From positions 5,270,001 to 5,334,000 of the forward strand of contig OX597834.1 of NCBI GenBank assembly GCA_951406725.2: DNA of 64,000 bases, written 5' to 3'. Made by a program: the position numbers and the translations under genes. The stretch is from Octopus vulgaris (taxonomy: Eukaryota). The notes beneath the pieces were generated by a model, which searched no databases, was not told the origin of the DNA, and saw only the letters and a list, made by a program, of their open reading frames with translations. Positions 24,301-37,692 of the stretch are shown here, one piece after another (position 1 is the stretch's first letter; every line of letters begins with the position of its first letter).

Positions 24301-25165
24301 TTGTGTCAGCATCTCTACCCTGAAGAGCAGTTTTGAAAATGGTTACGTAGGGGTTTATGATATGAAGCATATATTGAAGGGGATGCAGAAGAGATGGTCT
24401 TGTTCCTGTAGCAACTGAAGCTCTTCGTGCAATTTTCTCAGGTCCGTTCCCCATAAAATAAATCTTGAGAAAGCTGTTTTCATCGCCATCTTGTGGAATA
24501 AGGGAGCCAATTTGGTGGTAAATTTGGCCTTGTACTTTGAAGATGGGCATATAATTTCCATCTCTTATTGGTGTATGACCAAAACTTGTCATTTGGAAAA
24601 CGGAATTGCAGGCTCTTATATTCGAAGAAAGTCTTTAGAATCTGGATGGTCTCCGAACAGCAAGGACTTCAAATGTTCGGCACCGACTTGTAAATGAGGC
24701 AATCTAGCCGTTCCATTGGAGCAGCATATATCGGAAGATTCTGCTGGCCACCTCATTGCATTACAATAGTCTCAAACTGTAGAGAGGTTGCCAATGATAT
24801 GTGGGTGTGATGCGTAGTCCTTATGGTAGATGTAGTGAAATGCCTTGTTAGACCAGCAACAGGAAGAAACTCTCGAAAAGACATGAGAACGTATTTTACG
24901 TTGAGAATCAGCCCCAAACCTTGTGGCCCTTTGTTCAACAGTCTCTAAATCACGGCTATTTGAAGTAGAGGCTGCATCGCAAGCACGCCGGAGTTCTGCT
25001 TGTTGAGCTGTCTGTGATGTTCTGGTGACTGCAGTAGAAACAGCATTGCAAGCACGCTGAAGCACACATTGTTCTTCTGTCTCGATTGCCCGCAAGGAAC
25101 GCAAAACGGAAGCATTTTTTTTTTTTGTTTTTTCTGCCAATGTGATTCTTGCTATTTTGAGGCAT
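21370..25165 (-). pseudogene. Helitron RepHel (HUH Rep + PIF1 helicase) gene, disrupted and 3'-truncated
   Basis: N-terminus MPQNSKNHIGRK; Cys motif YCNAMRWPAESSDICCSNG; FKVQGQIYHQIGSL. Rep motifs GRPDFFITFNCNPKW, VEWQKGGLHHAHILLWL, YICKYVHKG and GYPLYRRR. RVYTVHP...FHLRLLL...GPTSFQDLRTVNG. Walker A FLNALSGNGKTFL, LIVWDDATM and GDFRQ. Many frameshifts and stops. Confidence 0.97.
23799..23887 (-). other. Putative 89-nt GT-AG intron in the Helitron RepHel gene
   Basis: Minus strand: GCTAAG|GTAGAT...CACTAAC (23830-23836)...TTTCTTCCCTTTGGAG|ATTGACACCGAA. Splicing joins DVFAK to IDTEHLQWIR, matching the Helitron D.YAKIETERL..IR motif. Confidence 0.75.
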
Positions 25166-26102
25166 CCTATCGAAAATCTGTAATGGAATGCAAACCGGAA
25201 AACTTCAAATGCAGTATAGGGTTTGGCAATATGTGATGTTGACTGACAAAGAAGCAAAATTTGTGGATGAATAAGCTACCAGAACCGACCAAATAGTGCT
25301 TATTTTAAGAATGTAACCGATGAATTCGATCTGTAAAATTCGTAAAAATGATAAGAAGAATTTGCCAAAATATCGTTCAATTATGATTGCTGATAAAAAA
25401 AAAGATAACTCGTAATTTGAAATGTTGATATTAATATTCCTTCATGAAAAGGAATTAAAGAATAAATGATGGGCATGTACGTGGCAAATCAAGTGAGTCA
25501 CGCAAAAGTTGAAACATATCGCCCATTTTTTTGTCTTATATAAGAAAGTGTTAGCTAAAGTTTTCGATATTTCTCACCCGAATTTCCACGTTCAATTACT
25601 AATCAGTTTGTCGTTTTGTACTGTCAATTGAATTTTGCTGTGCGAAAATATTCTCGGAGTTGATTGATCGCCAATTAGTGCAATTTACACGCACACACAC
25701 ATACACACACACACACACACACACAACACACATATATCAAAATTAATCAAAGGGACATACTAAGCACGTCTACCTGCTTAAAATAACAGTCAAAACTCTT
25801 ATTAAATAGCCCAAAAACACACTGATGATCACTACAGAAATCAAACGAAAGCAAAATCAGGTTAAGACAATCTACTAACATAGATTTAAGTATCTGGACT
25901 CACGTAGACCGGTTTCTGAACTGGCAACATTAGCCTTATCTTCTTTAGCACGCGTTACCATGGTTAGAGATTCCCAAACCATCGTTTTGAAGTCTGTGCT
26001 GCAACTGATTCGCAGCCACTCGTGTAAAATAAACTTGATACATTTTACGAGAAAAATAATTCACAGAATTAATGACACCTTCGCAAATTAATTTTTGGTG
26101 AA

Positions 26103-26170
<68 letters not shown>

Positions 26171-26354
26171 ATGAAAGAATGGAGTCGACTCCATTCTTTC
26201 ATTTATCTATAGTAAAAAAACACACAAATTTCCACACGAAAGCACGTGATTTCTGCCCTTGGCATGTAGCTTCAACCGTGCTCTCTGACGTAAATTTGCT
26301 ACCCGGGTATCGGTTAACCGAATTATCCATACTAGGATAATTCATTCAACTACT

Positions 26355-26404
<50 letters not shown>

Positions 26405-26638
26405 CAAAGGACATACTAAGCACGTCTACCTCCTGGAAATAACAGTCAAAACTCTTATTTAAATATCCAAAATACACTGCTGGTAACTATATAAATCAAC
26501 CGAAGGCAAATCTCCCAACGTAAATTTAAGTATTTGGACTCCTATTTAGTTATGGGTATGGGAATATGATATCTACTGCATATATTTCCTATTTAGTAAA
26601 TAGAAAATATACGTAGGAAATATCCTACCCCCATACCC

Positions 26639-26704
<66 letters not shown>

Positions 26705-26905
26705 TACATACATATGAAGCGGCTGACCTCCCTTGTTCGAAGGTTTGTAATGGACGCAGGTTGTGTGTCAAATAGCTAGCTTGAGGCGGTGGCCTCTTGG
26801 AGCTAATCAGCGACAGCTTTAATCTTATATTTATAAGACTGCCATATTAGTATGGCGATAACTATTAATTTACATATAAATATATATATATATATATGTG
26901 TGTGT

Positions 26906-26938
<33 letters not shown>

Positions 26939-27051
26939 CACATATATGCATATGAATATGTACATACATATCATACATATATATATATATATACCCGCAC
27001 ACACACATATATGTATGTGTGTGTATGTGTATGTATGTATGTATATAAATA

Positions 27052-27468
27052 GGCGCAGGAGTGGCTGTGTAGTAAGTAGCTTGCTTACCAACCACATGGT
27101 TCGGGGTTCAGTCCCACTGCGTGGCACCTTGGGCAAATGTCTTCTACTATAGCCTCGGGCCGACCAAAGCCTTGTGAGTGGATTTGGTAGACGGAAACTG
27201 AAAGAAGCCCGTCGTATATATGTATATATATGTATGTGCATGTATGTTTGTGTGTCTGTGTTTGTCCCCCTAGCATTGCTTGACAACCGATGCTGGTGTG
27301 TTTATGTCCCCGTCACTTAGCGGTTCGGCAAAAGCGACCGATAGAATAAGTACTGGGCTTACAAAATAATAAGTCCTGGGGTCGAGTTGCTCGACTAAAG
27401 GCGGTGCTCCAGCATGGCCGCAGCAATCAAATGACTGAAACAAGTAAAAGAGTAAAAGAGAGAAAGAG

Positions 27469-27470
<2 letters not shown>
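27052..27470 (+). mobile_element. SINE family A, full length
   Basis: Family A head, body and tail, embedded between (TA)n tracts. Confidence 0.9.
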
Positions 27471-27520
<50 letters not shown>

Positions 27521-29847
27521 TACATACAGACATATATACATGCATATGAAGCACCTGGCTGCCTTTTCATTTCATCTTTTTACGAGTAATATCTTTTTCT
27601 CTCCACCAATCATTCTCTTAATTTTCCTTTATCCTGTCTTTCCATTCAACAACATCCTGCTATTGAATATATTTGTAGAATATAAAACAACGGCTCAATT
27701 GTCAAATTTTCTCAGTATCATTCACAAGAGAACATCAGTGCACAAAAAGTAAAAAAAAAAAACAAACAGAAAAGAAAAGAAATTCAAAGTTAAAACTCTG
27801 TAATAACATGATGAATATAAATGAAGCAAATTTGGTATTTCCTTCGCAGTAGGTTTATTTTTGCTTTCCACACAATTTTACTTTCATCACGTTATCCTAT
27901 AAGTAATGTGGTTTTCCCATCAAATTTAAAACGACACAAAAAGAAAAGCTCAACTCTTATATTTCTAAATGCATTTTTATCTTTTACTAGTTATCACAGC
28001 CTATTCGTGGCTCAAGGGCTTTCCACTGCTATGTTCCGAATACAGGTGGCTTTCAAGCGAAATGCATACAAAAGGATATGTCATTGCGTATCTTTTTAAA
28101 TAATGAAAAGAAATATAGCATTTTTCCTAAAGTTATTTTTATAGCTTCATGTAAAGATAATGATCGGAAGAAAAGAAATCTGGATAAAAGGGAGAATACA
28201 GTTTTTATCCTCAAGGAAGCTCTTCGAGTTCTTTTTTATCTTTGCATTTGTAATCCCAATAATAAAGCAGCAGGCATGCATTGTCATATTGCAAGTGAGT
28301 TTTCTGATAAACTAAAAAGTTGTCAATTTTCTATTAACACAATATTCAAGTCTTAACAAAGCTTTTTGCTATATTAGTAAACCGGTTTTATATAATTAAC
28401 ATCACTCTTACGAAGAAAAGCCACCCCGTTCCCAATTTATTTTTTTGGCCAATGAAAGAAATGTTTCTGAAGATCTCAGCTAAAGCAAGCATCACGATGC
28501 ATCTAACAGAGACTGAAGGGAGAAAGAATACTAATGATTCAAATATATTAATCTTAATAAGTCAGCTATAACAAAACTGCATTATTTTCTCTATTAAACT
28601 GTTGGATCGTTGCGTTTCTCTTATATAATATATAATATGCGATATGTAAACATTACATTATGTCCATATCGGTTTTTCATGTAGTGAATAGAATTTGAAA
28701 TTCTTCCAAAAGTTATAGATTTCCAATAGCTGTTTCAAACCTAAGAATGATGACAACAATGAAAACAGTTTCGATTTCTCACTGCAGAAAAAAACTGGGT
28801 TTTTAGATTTATTTATTGGATTACTCGGGTTTGAAGTTCGTTGTCACTCAAGAGATGAATCAACAAAGGAGTAATAGTCTCTGCATATCACTCAAATGTC
28901 ACCCTTCCCATTTAGAAAATACGAAAGACTGTATAGCCCTAAAACAGCAAGAACGCCACACTTAGGGGTCTTGTTATTCAAGGCTTCTCTCAGGCTAAAT
29001 GGCAGCAACACATCAGCAACAAACAGGCGTATCATTCCTGAATAACACCCTACTGCTGTCTTGAGACGTTGGATAATGTAGTCTTGGTTATGCTTGAGTT
29101 ATGCTTGGCATGGAGAGAAGATGGCTTGATATAAATGTTGCCCATAGAATTACTTAATAAAGTACAACTTAATGTAAAACAACAAATATGAAGTAACGAT
29201 TTCAGATATTAAACTTATAAATACTTAAAACTGTTTTCAAGCTGCTATATGTAACCCAACACTAACTCTACCGAATGATATCCAGAGAATTTATGAGGGG
29301 ACCATTGCAAATTATTTCAGACTACAGTTTAGTCAACATCTGTAATCCTTTATGTTCAGGTACAGGGATAACTGTTGATTAGAGTCTGTAGTACCATATG
29401 CCTTAACAATAGATAAGTTTATTGCAGGACCTGACTGTCTTGCAATAAACTTATGTATTGTTAAGAGGTCCCCATACAATCCATCGCGTCACGGAAATGC
29501 TGGTCCCGTTTTGCTTCTCTGGTAATGTCCACATCCTGAAGTAATCAACAGCTTCACACAAGAATTCTGCCATGATTTCCTTCTGTCTTTGACAAATACA
29601 CATTTTTCGTTGACCAGTTCCAATCGAACAATCCATTTATTAATTCCAGGGAGAATAGAAGTCGGACATCTTACTACTGAATATTCCCTCGACAGTGTTC
29701 CTTTATTGCATTTATCAACGCTTCGCTGTACTTTATATAGTTGTCTTTCTCGAGTTACATTGTGTAACCTGGTATATCATCGAATCATTTGTAAGTTTTA
29801 TAAATTTAAGAGTTTTAGTTCCCTGTGCAGCCTTCTTTAATTTTGTT

Positions 29848-30660
29848 TACGAGGTTGGATGAAAAGTTCACCGGATGACTATGAAGGCCTCATGCTTGAG
29901 CTGTGAAATCTTCCATGAATTAATTTCAGCTCTCCTTATTAATAACTGGACTGTTTTCTTTCTGGGTAAATCGACATCTAACCGCTCAAAGAAGACTTCA
30001 AAAGTAACTACTAGTGATCTTTCTTCAAAGCAAACAAAATTTAGCATGTAGTGTTATCAAGTCCCTGCAGAGAAAGGGTTTAGCCCCTAACGACATTCAT
30101 GCTGACATGGTTGCTACATTACGGTATGACGCACCAGTTTTATCAACAATGCAAAGTGGACCGCTGGATTTAGGGGAGGAAGAGAGAGTCTCGAAGATGA
30201 CCCAAGGTGTGGAGTTCTACCACTGCCACTGTCAAGGAAAACACTGTGCTGAGCACATGATGAAGGATGAAAGGCAATTTGACTATAAATCAAATAGCCA
30301 TAAGTCAAATAGCTTAACCCGTTCGAGATTTTGTGAATATTCTGCACATTGTACTTGACACGACGAATGTTCCTTCTTGGTAGGTGCCACATCTTCTGAC
30401 ACTCGATCAAAAACGCACCAAGCTAATCACATCACGGAAAAAATGTGACAGTGTTTGAGGTAAATTCAGCTGGTTTACTTCAACGTTTCTGAGCCTAGGA
30501 TGTGTTGGGTTTGACCCATAGATAAACGAACAAACAAGAAATGGAAACACCCCACCTCGTCTGCTCCAAAGAAAGCCATGGTCTTTTCATCTGCAAAGAA
30601 GATGATGGTCTTAGTTTTTGGGAATGCAAAAGGCATTGTGTTTATTGATTATCTTATTGA
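29848..30660 (+). mobile_element. Mariner (Tc1/mariner) transposon remnant, 3'-truncated
   Basis: Starts TACGAGGTTGGATGAAAAGTTC (mariner-like TIR after TA). Decayed transposase VIKSLQRKGLAPNDIHADMVATL...GRESLEDDPR, VPHLLTLDQKR (WVPHEL-like) and WKHPTSSAPKKA...KKMMVLVF.NAKGIVFIDYL. Confidence 0.85.
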
Positions 30661-31343
30661 CTAGTTTAAAGCTAGCAGTTCAGCAATAGAGTCCGACAGA
30701 ATAAATACTGGGGACGGTCTGTTGGATTAATCCCCTACAAAGCTGTGCCTTAGCATGGCCGCAGTTCAGTCACTGAAACAAGTACAAGATACACGGTAAC
30801 AACCCAACAACTTTTCATAAAAAAGTAGTTTATTTCACACAAAAAAAAAAAATCGAAAAAATACCAAAGAAACAAAAAGTCAGAGAGAAATGACCAAAAC
30901 AACCCACATCTGTGATATATCAGTGAAGTAAAAAGAACCTATTGTTGATTGGACGTTGACGTTTTATAGATTCTGGTTCACAATTTCATTAGTTCAGTGG
31001 TCTGATTTGTACATTATAAACTCACCAGCAAATCTTATCAATCAACGATATATTGCTTAATGGTAAATGTATTTGTATTTCTTTCATTTGGTTTTTTTTT
31101 CATTTTATTATATCCTATCTTGTGTTTGTGAAGAAGAAAATTAACTCAGTAAAATAATTGTTGATTGAATAAGCGATTTCCAAACTATCCATTTATTTAA
31201 CATTTCAAAATAGATTTAAATTATCCAGTCCAGAAATATTTGTTTCATTTTTCTTACTTTTATTTTCATAAAAGAAGACATTTACAAGGAAATTTAACAT
31301 TTCTTAATCTATTGAAACTTTGCTTTACTTAACATTGTCCTCG

Positions 31344-31344
<1 letters not shown>

Positions 31345-31411
<67 letters not shown>

Positions 31412-31491
31412 GTACACACTCACGGGTATATACATCCACACACATTAATGTGTGTATATAAATATATATAAACACATACGTATAGACACAA

Positions 31492-31525
<34 letters not shown>

Positions 31526-31654
31526 ATACATATATGAATATATACTTATATATGTATATATATGCATGTACATATAATATATATATATGTATATACACAC
31601 GTATACGTGTATATTTATATATATATATATCTACATATATATATATATATATAG

Positions 31655-31693
<39 letters not shown>

Positions 31694-31756
31694 TACGTAC
31701 ACACACTCGCATATATGTGTGTGTATAAATACATATTCATATACGTATACACACAA

Positions 31757-31788
<32 letters not shown>

Positions 31789-31821
31789 GCGTGTGTGTGT
31801 ATACGTATATGAATATATACT

Positions 31822-31852
<31 letters not shown>

Positions 31853-31945
31853 GAATACATACCTATATGTATACACATATATATATACATATGCATGTAT
31901 GTGTGTGTATATATATTCATACACGTACACATATTATAGACACGT
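31345..31945. repeat. Compound (CA)/(TA)/(TG) microsatellite with higher-order duplications
   Basis: Directly visible. Repeated block GTGTGTATA...TATGAATATATACTTATATAT. Confidence 0.9.
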
Positions 31946-32144
31946 GTGCGCCCGCTGATCGCTGGGTACTGCTTCAATAATATAGACTCTAAATTACAGT
32001 ATTGCGCTGTCGTTTACTTATATTGTCTTTAGTTTCCGTGTCTGTTTTGTCTCTACTTTACGTTTGAAAATCGATTGAAATTATCCAGGAGTGAAATGTT
32101 CGTAGTCTTGTGTTCTTTGTATGAGCGCTGGTATTTATCAGGAA

Positions 32145-32527
32145 GTGGAGGTGCCCAGTGGTTAGGGCAGCGGACTCGCGGTCATAGGATCGCGGTTTCG
32201 ATTCCCAGACCGGGCGTTGTGAGTGTTTATTGAGCGAAAACACCTAAAGCTCCACGAGACTCCGGCAGGGGATGGTGGTGATCCCTGCTGTACTCTTTCA
32301 CCACAACTTTCTCTCACTCTTACTTCCTGTTTCTGTCGTACCTGTATTTCAAAGGGGCCGGTCTTGTCACTCTCTGTGTCACGCTGAATATCCCCGAGAA
32401 CTACGTTAAGGGTACACGTGTCTGTGGAGTGCTCAGCCACTTACACGTTAAGTTCACGAGCAGGCTGTTCCGTTGATTCGGATCAACCGGAACCCTCGTC
32501 GTCGTAACCGACGGAGTGCTTCCATCC
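32145..32527 (+). mobile_element. tRNA-derived SINE family C
   Basis: Head CCCAGTGGTTAGGGCAGCGGACTCGCGGTC...GGTTTCGATTCCC. TSD ATTTATCAGGAA at 32133-32144 and 32528-32539. Confidence 0.9.
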
Positions 32528-32779
32528 ATTTATCAGGAATATGTTATACAACCCTCGTACTTGTATGTCCAGAGTAAGGTTTGGTGTTGTGAAGTTTACA
32601 ATTTCACTTTTTGCAGTCAAATTTATAAAATCGTATCGGTTATTAGTAGCTTGTTTGTGGAACTACATGTTAGTATTTTTTTTTCAGAAAGAGTTTTTAA
32701 ATGAACAATTATGGTGTATGCTTATAGGAAGACGAAACCATCCTACATGCAATAATTCAGTGTCCGTGTATTAGAGAAT

Positions 32780-33092
32780 TGTGAGATTGTGTGGAACACC
32801 TGTTGTCGCGTGTAAGACGAATTCAGCTGTCTGCCGAGTGTATAGTGAAGATCGACACCCCACCTTCCTTTACCAGAGAAGGAAGGAAGATCTTTCTTTG
32901 CTTAGTAGCTTTAACGGAAGAGGTTATATGGTGGACCCGTCTGAAAGGTTTGAAGACAGGCAGCTTCATCAAGCTCTCATCAATTTCTTTAGATATCATT
33001 TGAAGAAGGTGAGGGTAGAGAGGGAGGTGCTGCCCTCTAGTGTGTTTATCAAAAGGTGGTCGACAGTGGTAAGACTGGTGAGAACAGAATAG
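32780..33092 (+). mobile_element. L1/Tx1-like LINE C-terminal fragment
   Basis: EHLLSRV...IFLCLVALTEEVIWWTRLKG and LINFFRYHLK.VRVERE...FIKRW resemble the Tx1 ORF2 end (IW..R ... F...W). Confidence 0.55.
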
Positions 33093-33210
33093 GGATCTTT
33101 TCGGTTTGGACGGCAGTTTTTAACATTATTTCTAGGTAACTAAAACATTTTAAACTTCGTATACTGGTAGAATGTATTTATAAAACATCTTTTTCTCTTG
33201 CCCTTATTTA
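33093..33210 (+). mobile_element. TIR MITE family (GGATCTTTTCGG...), 5' fragment
   Basis: GGATCTTTTCGGTTTGGACGGCAGTTTTTAACAT... as at 35287. Truncated at (TA)n. Confidence 0.8.
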
Positions 33211-33531
33211 TAAGTTATATATATATATATATAGTTATGAATTAGAAGCAGCGCTAGTGTTGTAAACATTATTGACTACGCATACTTAAGGAAGAAGCCC
33301 TGTTTGTTAGCCTGTAGGCTGCGGTGTAGTCAGGTGTGGATGACCCCGCTCAAAACCCCAGGTGTTAAAACACCTGTAAATCAAAGACAGGTGAAACAAC
33401 TCGCATCGTGCGTACTTGTGTGGGCGCGCGCACGAACGCGTGTCCATAAAAATGTTCTACAGACGTAGGGAGTATATGCATTTACGTAGTGTATGAAACG
33501 AGTTTCAACTGTTTGTACAAAATGGAGTAAA

Positions 33532-35191
33532 CTATTGTAGCCCTGAGGTTATGATTGGCTGATGTAACTGATTCAAAGAAGCAGACACTACATTGCAGGG
33601 CAGTTTGACAGCTCAGAAATAGTAGTTAAAATATCCTACAAAGAAAATACATTTAACTCTGTATCATTCAAGATGATAGTGAATTTGACAAATGGAACTA
33701 AAAAAAAAAATCTTCGTAAAAAAATTCTGAGCATAATGGAAACCAGCGTAAAACACCATATTAATTAGAACATATGTTCCTTCAGTCTTAATTTCACTCA
33801 TATATAGTTACACAAGATACGCCTGTATCGTATGCACAAATATATGTGTGTGTATGCATATGTAGGTTAATACAAACACAGGCAAACACGCTCTCATACA
33901 TACTTGTATATGCATGCATGACATTTTTTCTTATTATCTTTTGGTGGGCTGGAGTTTAGCAAGATAATCATTTTTATTTTGTTTATATAGGTTAATTACA
34001 TGAACTTAGCAAGAATCTAATTTTAATAGACAACTGCTGCAAACAGATATTTGAGACAATTATATTTACATCACGAATTACGTGTCCAAACATTCAAAAC
34101 CAGGCCCGCAGGGAAAAACAGTATTAAGTATTTTTTTTTTTTATTGAAAAAGAGATTAAATGCTGATATGAAAATAGAAAATACAGATAGAAAGAAACGA
34201 ACAATTGACTAAAAGTTGCTATGTCAAAAGTTTAAACTGCAAGAGTGTAGTAGACCCACAAGTCCAGACATCTACAAAGGCTGAAAGAACAAAACTAAGT
34301 AATTCAGAGGAATATATATTTCTTTACTGCCCACAAGGAGCTAAACATAGAGGGGACAAACAAAGGGATGAAGTCGATTACATCGACCCCAGTGCGAAAC
34401 TGGTGCTTTATTTATCGACCCCGAAAGGATGAAAGGCAGAGTCGACCTCGGTGGAATTTGAACTCAGAACGTAACGACAGACGAAATACCTATTTCTTTA
34501 CTACCCACAAGGGGCTAAACACAGACGGGACAAACAAGGACAGACAAAGGGATTAAGTTGATGATATCGACCCCAGTGAGTAACTGGTACTTTATTTATC
34601 GACCCAGAAAGGATAAAAGGCAAAGTCGACCTCGGCGGAATTTGAACTCACAACGTAACGGCAGACGAAATACGGCTATGCATTTCGCCCGGCGCGCTAA
34701 CGTTTCTGCGAGCTCGCCGCCTTTATTCAAAGGAATATATGTTAATGTGGCCTAGTTAATGATCATCAATAAGTAGCTAAGAAAAAAAAAAAACTAAAGA
34801 AAATGTGGAAGGGAAAAGAAGATACGATGTAATACATTGTGTTGTTCAGAAATAAACAAAGGGAATATCTGAGTTTTGTCAATGATCAAGTCAATTGCCA
34901 AACAAATGCAGCTCTGAAATATGTGTAAGAGATTCTCATTGAATTCGTATCCAAGAAGCGAAAGTTCAGCTTTTACGCTGGTTTCCATTATGCTCAGAAT
35001 TTTTTTACGAAGATTTTTTTTTTAGTTCCATTTGTCAAATTCACTATCATCTTGAATGATACAAAGTTAAATGTATTTTCTTTGTAGGATATTTTAACTA
35101 CTATTTCTGAGCTGTCAAACTGCCATGTAATGTAGTGTCTGCTTCTTTGAATCAGTTACATTAGCCAATCATAACCCCAGGGTTACAATAG
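33532..35191. repeat. Inverted duplication of about 220 bp (33532-33752 and 34971-35191)
   Basis: CTATTGTAGCCCTGAGG...GGAAACCAGCGTAAAA versus TTTTACGCTGGTTTCC...GGGTTACAATAG, with few mismatches. Confidence 0.85.
34318..34722 (-). mobile_element. SINE family B, two units
   Basis: Reverse complement of the family B head and two cores. Confidence 0.9.
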
Positions 35192-35286
35192 GAGATTTAC
35201 TTTTGATTTCAAGTCCCATTCTTGATTAAATGAAGAAACGTCCTCAAAAGCCAAAAAAACAAAACAAACTAAGTATTGTTGCACAC

Positions 35287-35686
35287 GGATCTTTTCGGTT
35301 TGAACGACAGTTTTTAACATAATTTCTAGGTAACTAAAAATTTTAAACTTCGTATACTGGTAGAATGTGTTTGTAAGACATCTTTTTCTCTTGGCTTTAT
35401 TGAGAAAATTCTATAGTTTCTAAGATATTTTTTCTTCAGTTTCTGCAATTTCAACCAATCACTGACGTCCATTGAGGTAAAAATCATTCTGTGCCATATG
35501 AATATGTCCCCCGTTTAAAAAACAGATTGGGTTTATTTACTTTTGTAAAGAAAAAAGATACGCTTCCCCCACCCCTAACCCTAAAACAGATTGAAATGCA
35601 ATAGATCGATACTAGGGTCATAATTATGGGTGACAATTTCATATAACACCGCAAGAAAAAAACTGCCGTTGAAACCGAAAAGATCC
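35287..35686 (+). mobile_element. Non-autonomous TIR DNA transposon (possibly Merlin-type)
   Basis: TIRs GGATCTTTTCGGTTTGAACGACAGTTTTT and AAAAACTGCCGTTGAAACCGAAAAGATCC. Flanks GTTGCACAC and GTTGAACAC (9-bp TSD, 1 mismatch). Internal CCCTAACCCTAA. Confidence 0.85.
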
Positions 35687-35827
35687 GTTGAACACAGAAA
35701 AATGAAGTTTCGAGATACTACTTTTGAGTACAGGTGTAGAAAGATATAGTTTTTCTCTCTAATCCTCACCTTTTGTGGTTACTGGTTACTGCACTGGTAA
35801 AATAATACACACACATATATATACATG

Positions 35828-35988
35828 CACAAGCGTAGCTAGCATGCGTGTCGTAGGGGCGGCCCTTCCGTTTGCCGCTCCCAGGCCCCACAAAAACACA
35901 TATTGCCTACAGCAGACCCAAAAATGGTGCCACTTTAAAAGTGCTGCCCGGGGAGGACCGCCCCTACTACCCTCTAGCTAGGCTAGTG
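35828..35988. mobile_element. hAT-like MITE
   Basis: TIRs CACAAGCGTAGCTAG and CTAGCTAGGCTAGTG, sub-terminal inverted GTAGGGGCGG/CCGCCCCTAC. Perfect 8-bp TSD TATACATG at 35820-35827 and 35989-35996. Confidence 0.8.
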
Positions 35989-36498
35989 TATACATGCACA
36001 CATATATTCACCTATATCTATATACATATATACATGTGTGTGTGTGTGTACATTTCCTTAATGTTTACTTATATCAGCACTGCGTTTTGTATGCATTTTA
36101 TCTAAAAACCTAATTAATATCAAATTTATTCGTTATTTATTTATGGATATGAGGCCACAATAGGCGATGAACACATTGATACTTTGACGCACAGCCTATC
36201 CGCCACGATGAGACAGCGTGGACATATAGTATTAGACATTATGTGGTGAGTTGCAAAGTATTAAGGCGTTTCAAGTAGCATGTCGACTGGCAATCATGCG
36301 TGAAAATTTACATTTATTGTCTAGACTAAATCCTCCTGGGTGTACATACTGTAGGAGACCAAGAATGTGTAGATAATTTTATATATGTACTTCATATGCA
36401 TGTATATGTGTGTGCGAATGTATGTATGCATATATGATTTCAACGAACTACATTGAATAGCAACAATTATTTTATAGTTAATATTAATTTATATTTGA

Positions 36499-37112
36499 CG
36501 GCGGCGAGCTGGCAGAATCGTTAGCACGCCGGGCGAAAGGCGTAGCCGTATTTCGTCTGCCGTTACTTCTGAATTCAAATTCCGCCGAGGTCGACTTTGC
36601 CTTTCATCATTTCGGGCTCGATTAAATAAGTACCAGTTACGCACTGGGGTTGATATAATCGACTCAATCCGTCTGTCTGTCCTTGTTTGTCCTCTCTGTG
36701 TTTAGCCCCTTGTGGGTAGTAAAGAAATAAGTATTTCGTCTGTATTTACGTTCTGAGGTCAAATTCCGCCGAGGTCGATTTTGCCTTTCATCCTTTCGGG
36801 GTCGATAAATTAAGTACCAATTACGTACCGAGGTCGATGTAATCGACTTAATCCCTTTGTCTGTCCTTGTTTGTCCCCTCTATGTTCATCCCCTTGAGGG
36901 CAATAAAGAAATAAGAAACGTTAGCACACCGGGCGAAATGCTTAGCAGTATTTCGTCTGTCTTACGTTCTGAGTTCAAACTCCGCCGAGGTCAACTTTGC
37001 CTTACATCCCTTCGGGGTCGGTAAATTAAGTTCTAGGTGCGTACTGGGGTCGATCTAATCGACTGCCCCCTCCCTCAAAATTTCGGGCCTTGTGCCTACA
37101 GTAGAAAAGAAT
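36499..37112 (+). mobile_element. SINE family B, three units with distinct terminal tail
   Basis: Head GGCGGCGAGCTGGCAGAATCG, three cores, and terminal GATCTAATCGACTGCCCCCTCCC...GCCTTGTGCCTACAGTAGAAAAG. Confidence 0.9.
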
Positions 37113-37692
37113 ATTAATTCATATTTAATCCCACTTCTCTACATAACTTCGTTCACACATAATTTAGTCTACACATTGTCTTCGAGTCAACATTTGCCTT
37201 TATTTTTATTAACCCTTGTACATCTTCATAGCGATACTACGGCTAGAGGAAGGTTTTACAAAGCTTTCATCTATGTTACTGTACGATTGGAATATATTAT
37301 TTAAAATCGCTGACAAATCTGAAACAGTATTGTTTTGTGTGTAATATGGATTGACGCCTATCACAGGATTAACGCTTACTGTCAACTCCTCTACAGACCC
37401 ACACTCAGCGCAAAATTACTACAAGTCTAAAATAAACAGTAATATTCAGATTCCCGCAGTCTCATAAATCTCTGTCCCATCTCTCTAATACAATGGATGG
37501 GGAATCGAACTTACACTCAATAATGCAAGATCCGGAGGCCTTTCTTCCCTAAAATCAAGAGAAATGACAAAAGAAGCTATGCCAAGGCAATGGATATATG
37601 GTTTGTCAATTCTGGATACAAAAACAGACGGCTCGAATTCGATCAACGATAATTCGATCAACAATAAATCAGACGAGATGTTCCAAAATGTC

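Noticed and set aside
25822-25852. CTGATGA...GAAA motif
   Set aside because: No stem II or III pairing, and the core is not kept in the duplicate at about 26476.
32145-32220. tRNA gene (also at the heads of SINE families A and B)
   Set aside because: Box A/B-like motifs without a complete cloverleaf, continuing into multi-copy SINE bodies with TSDs.
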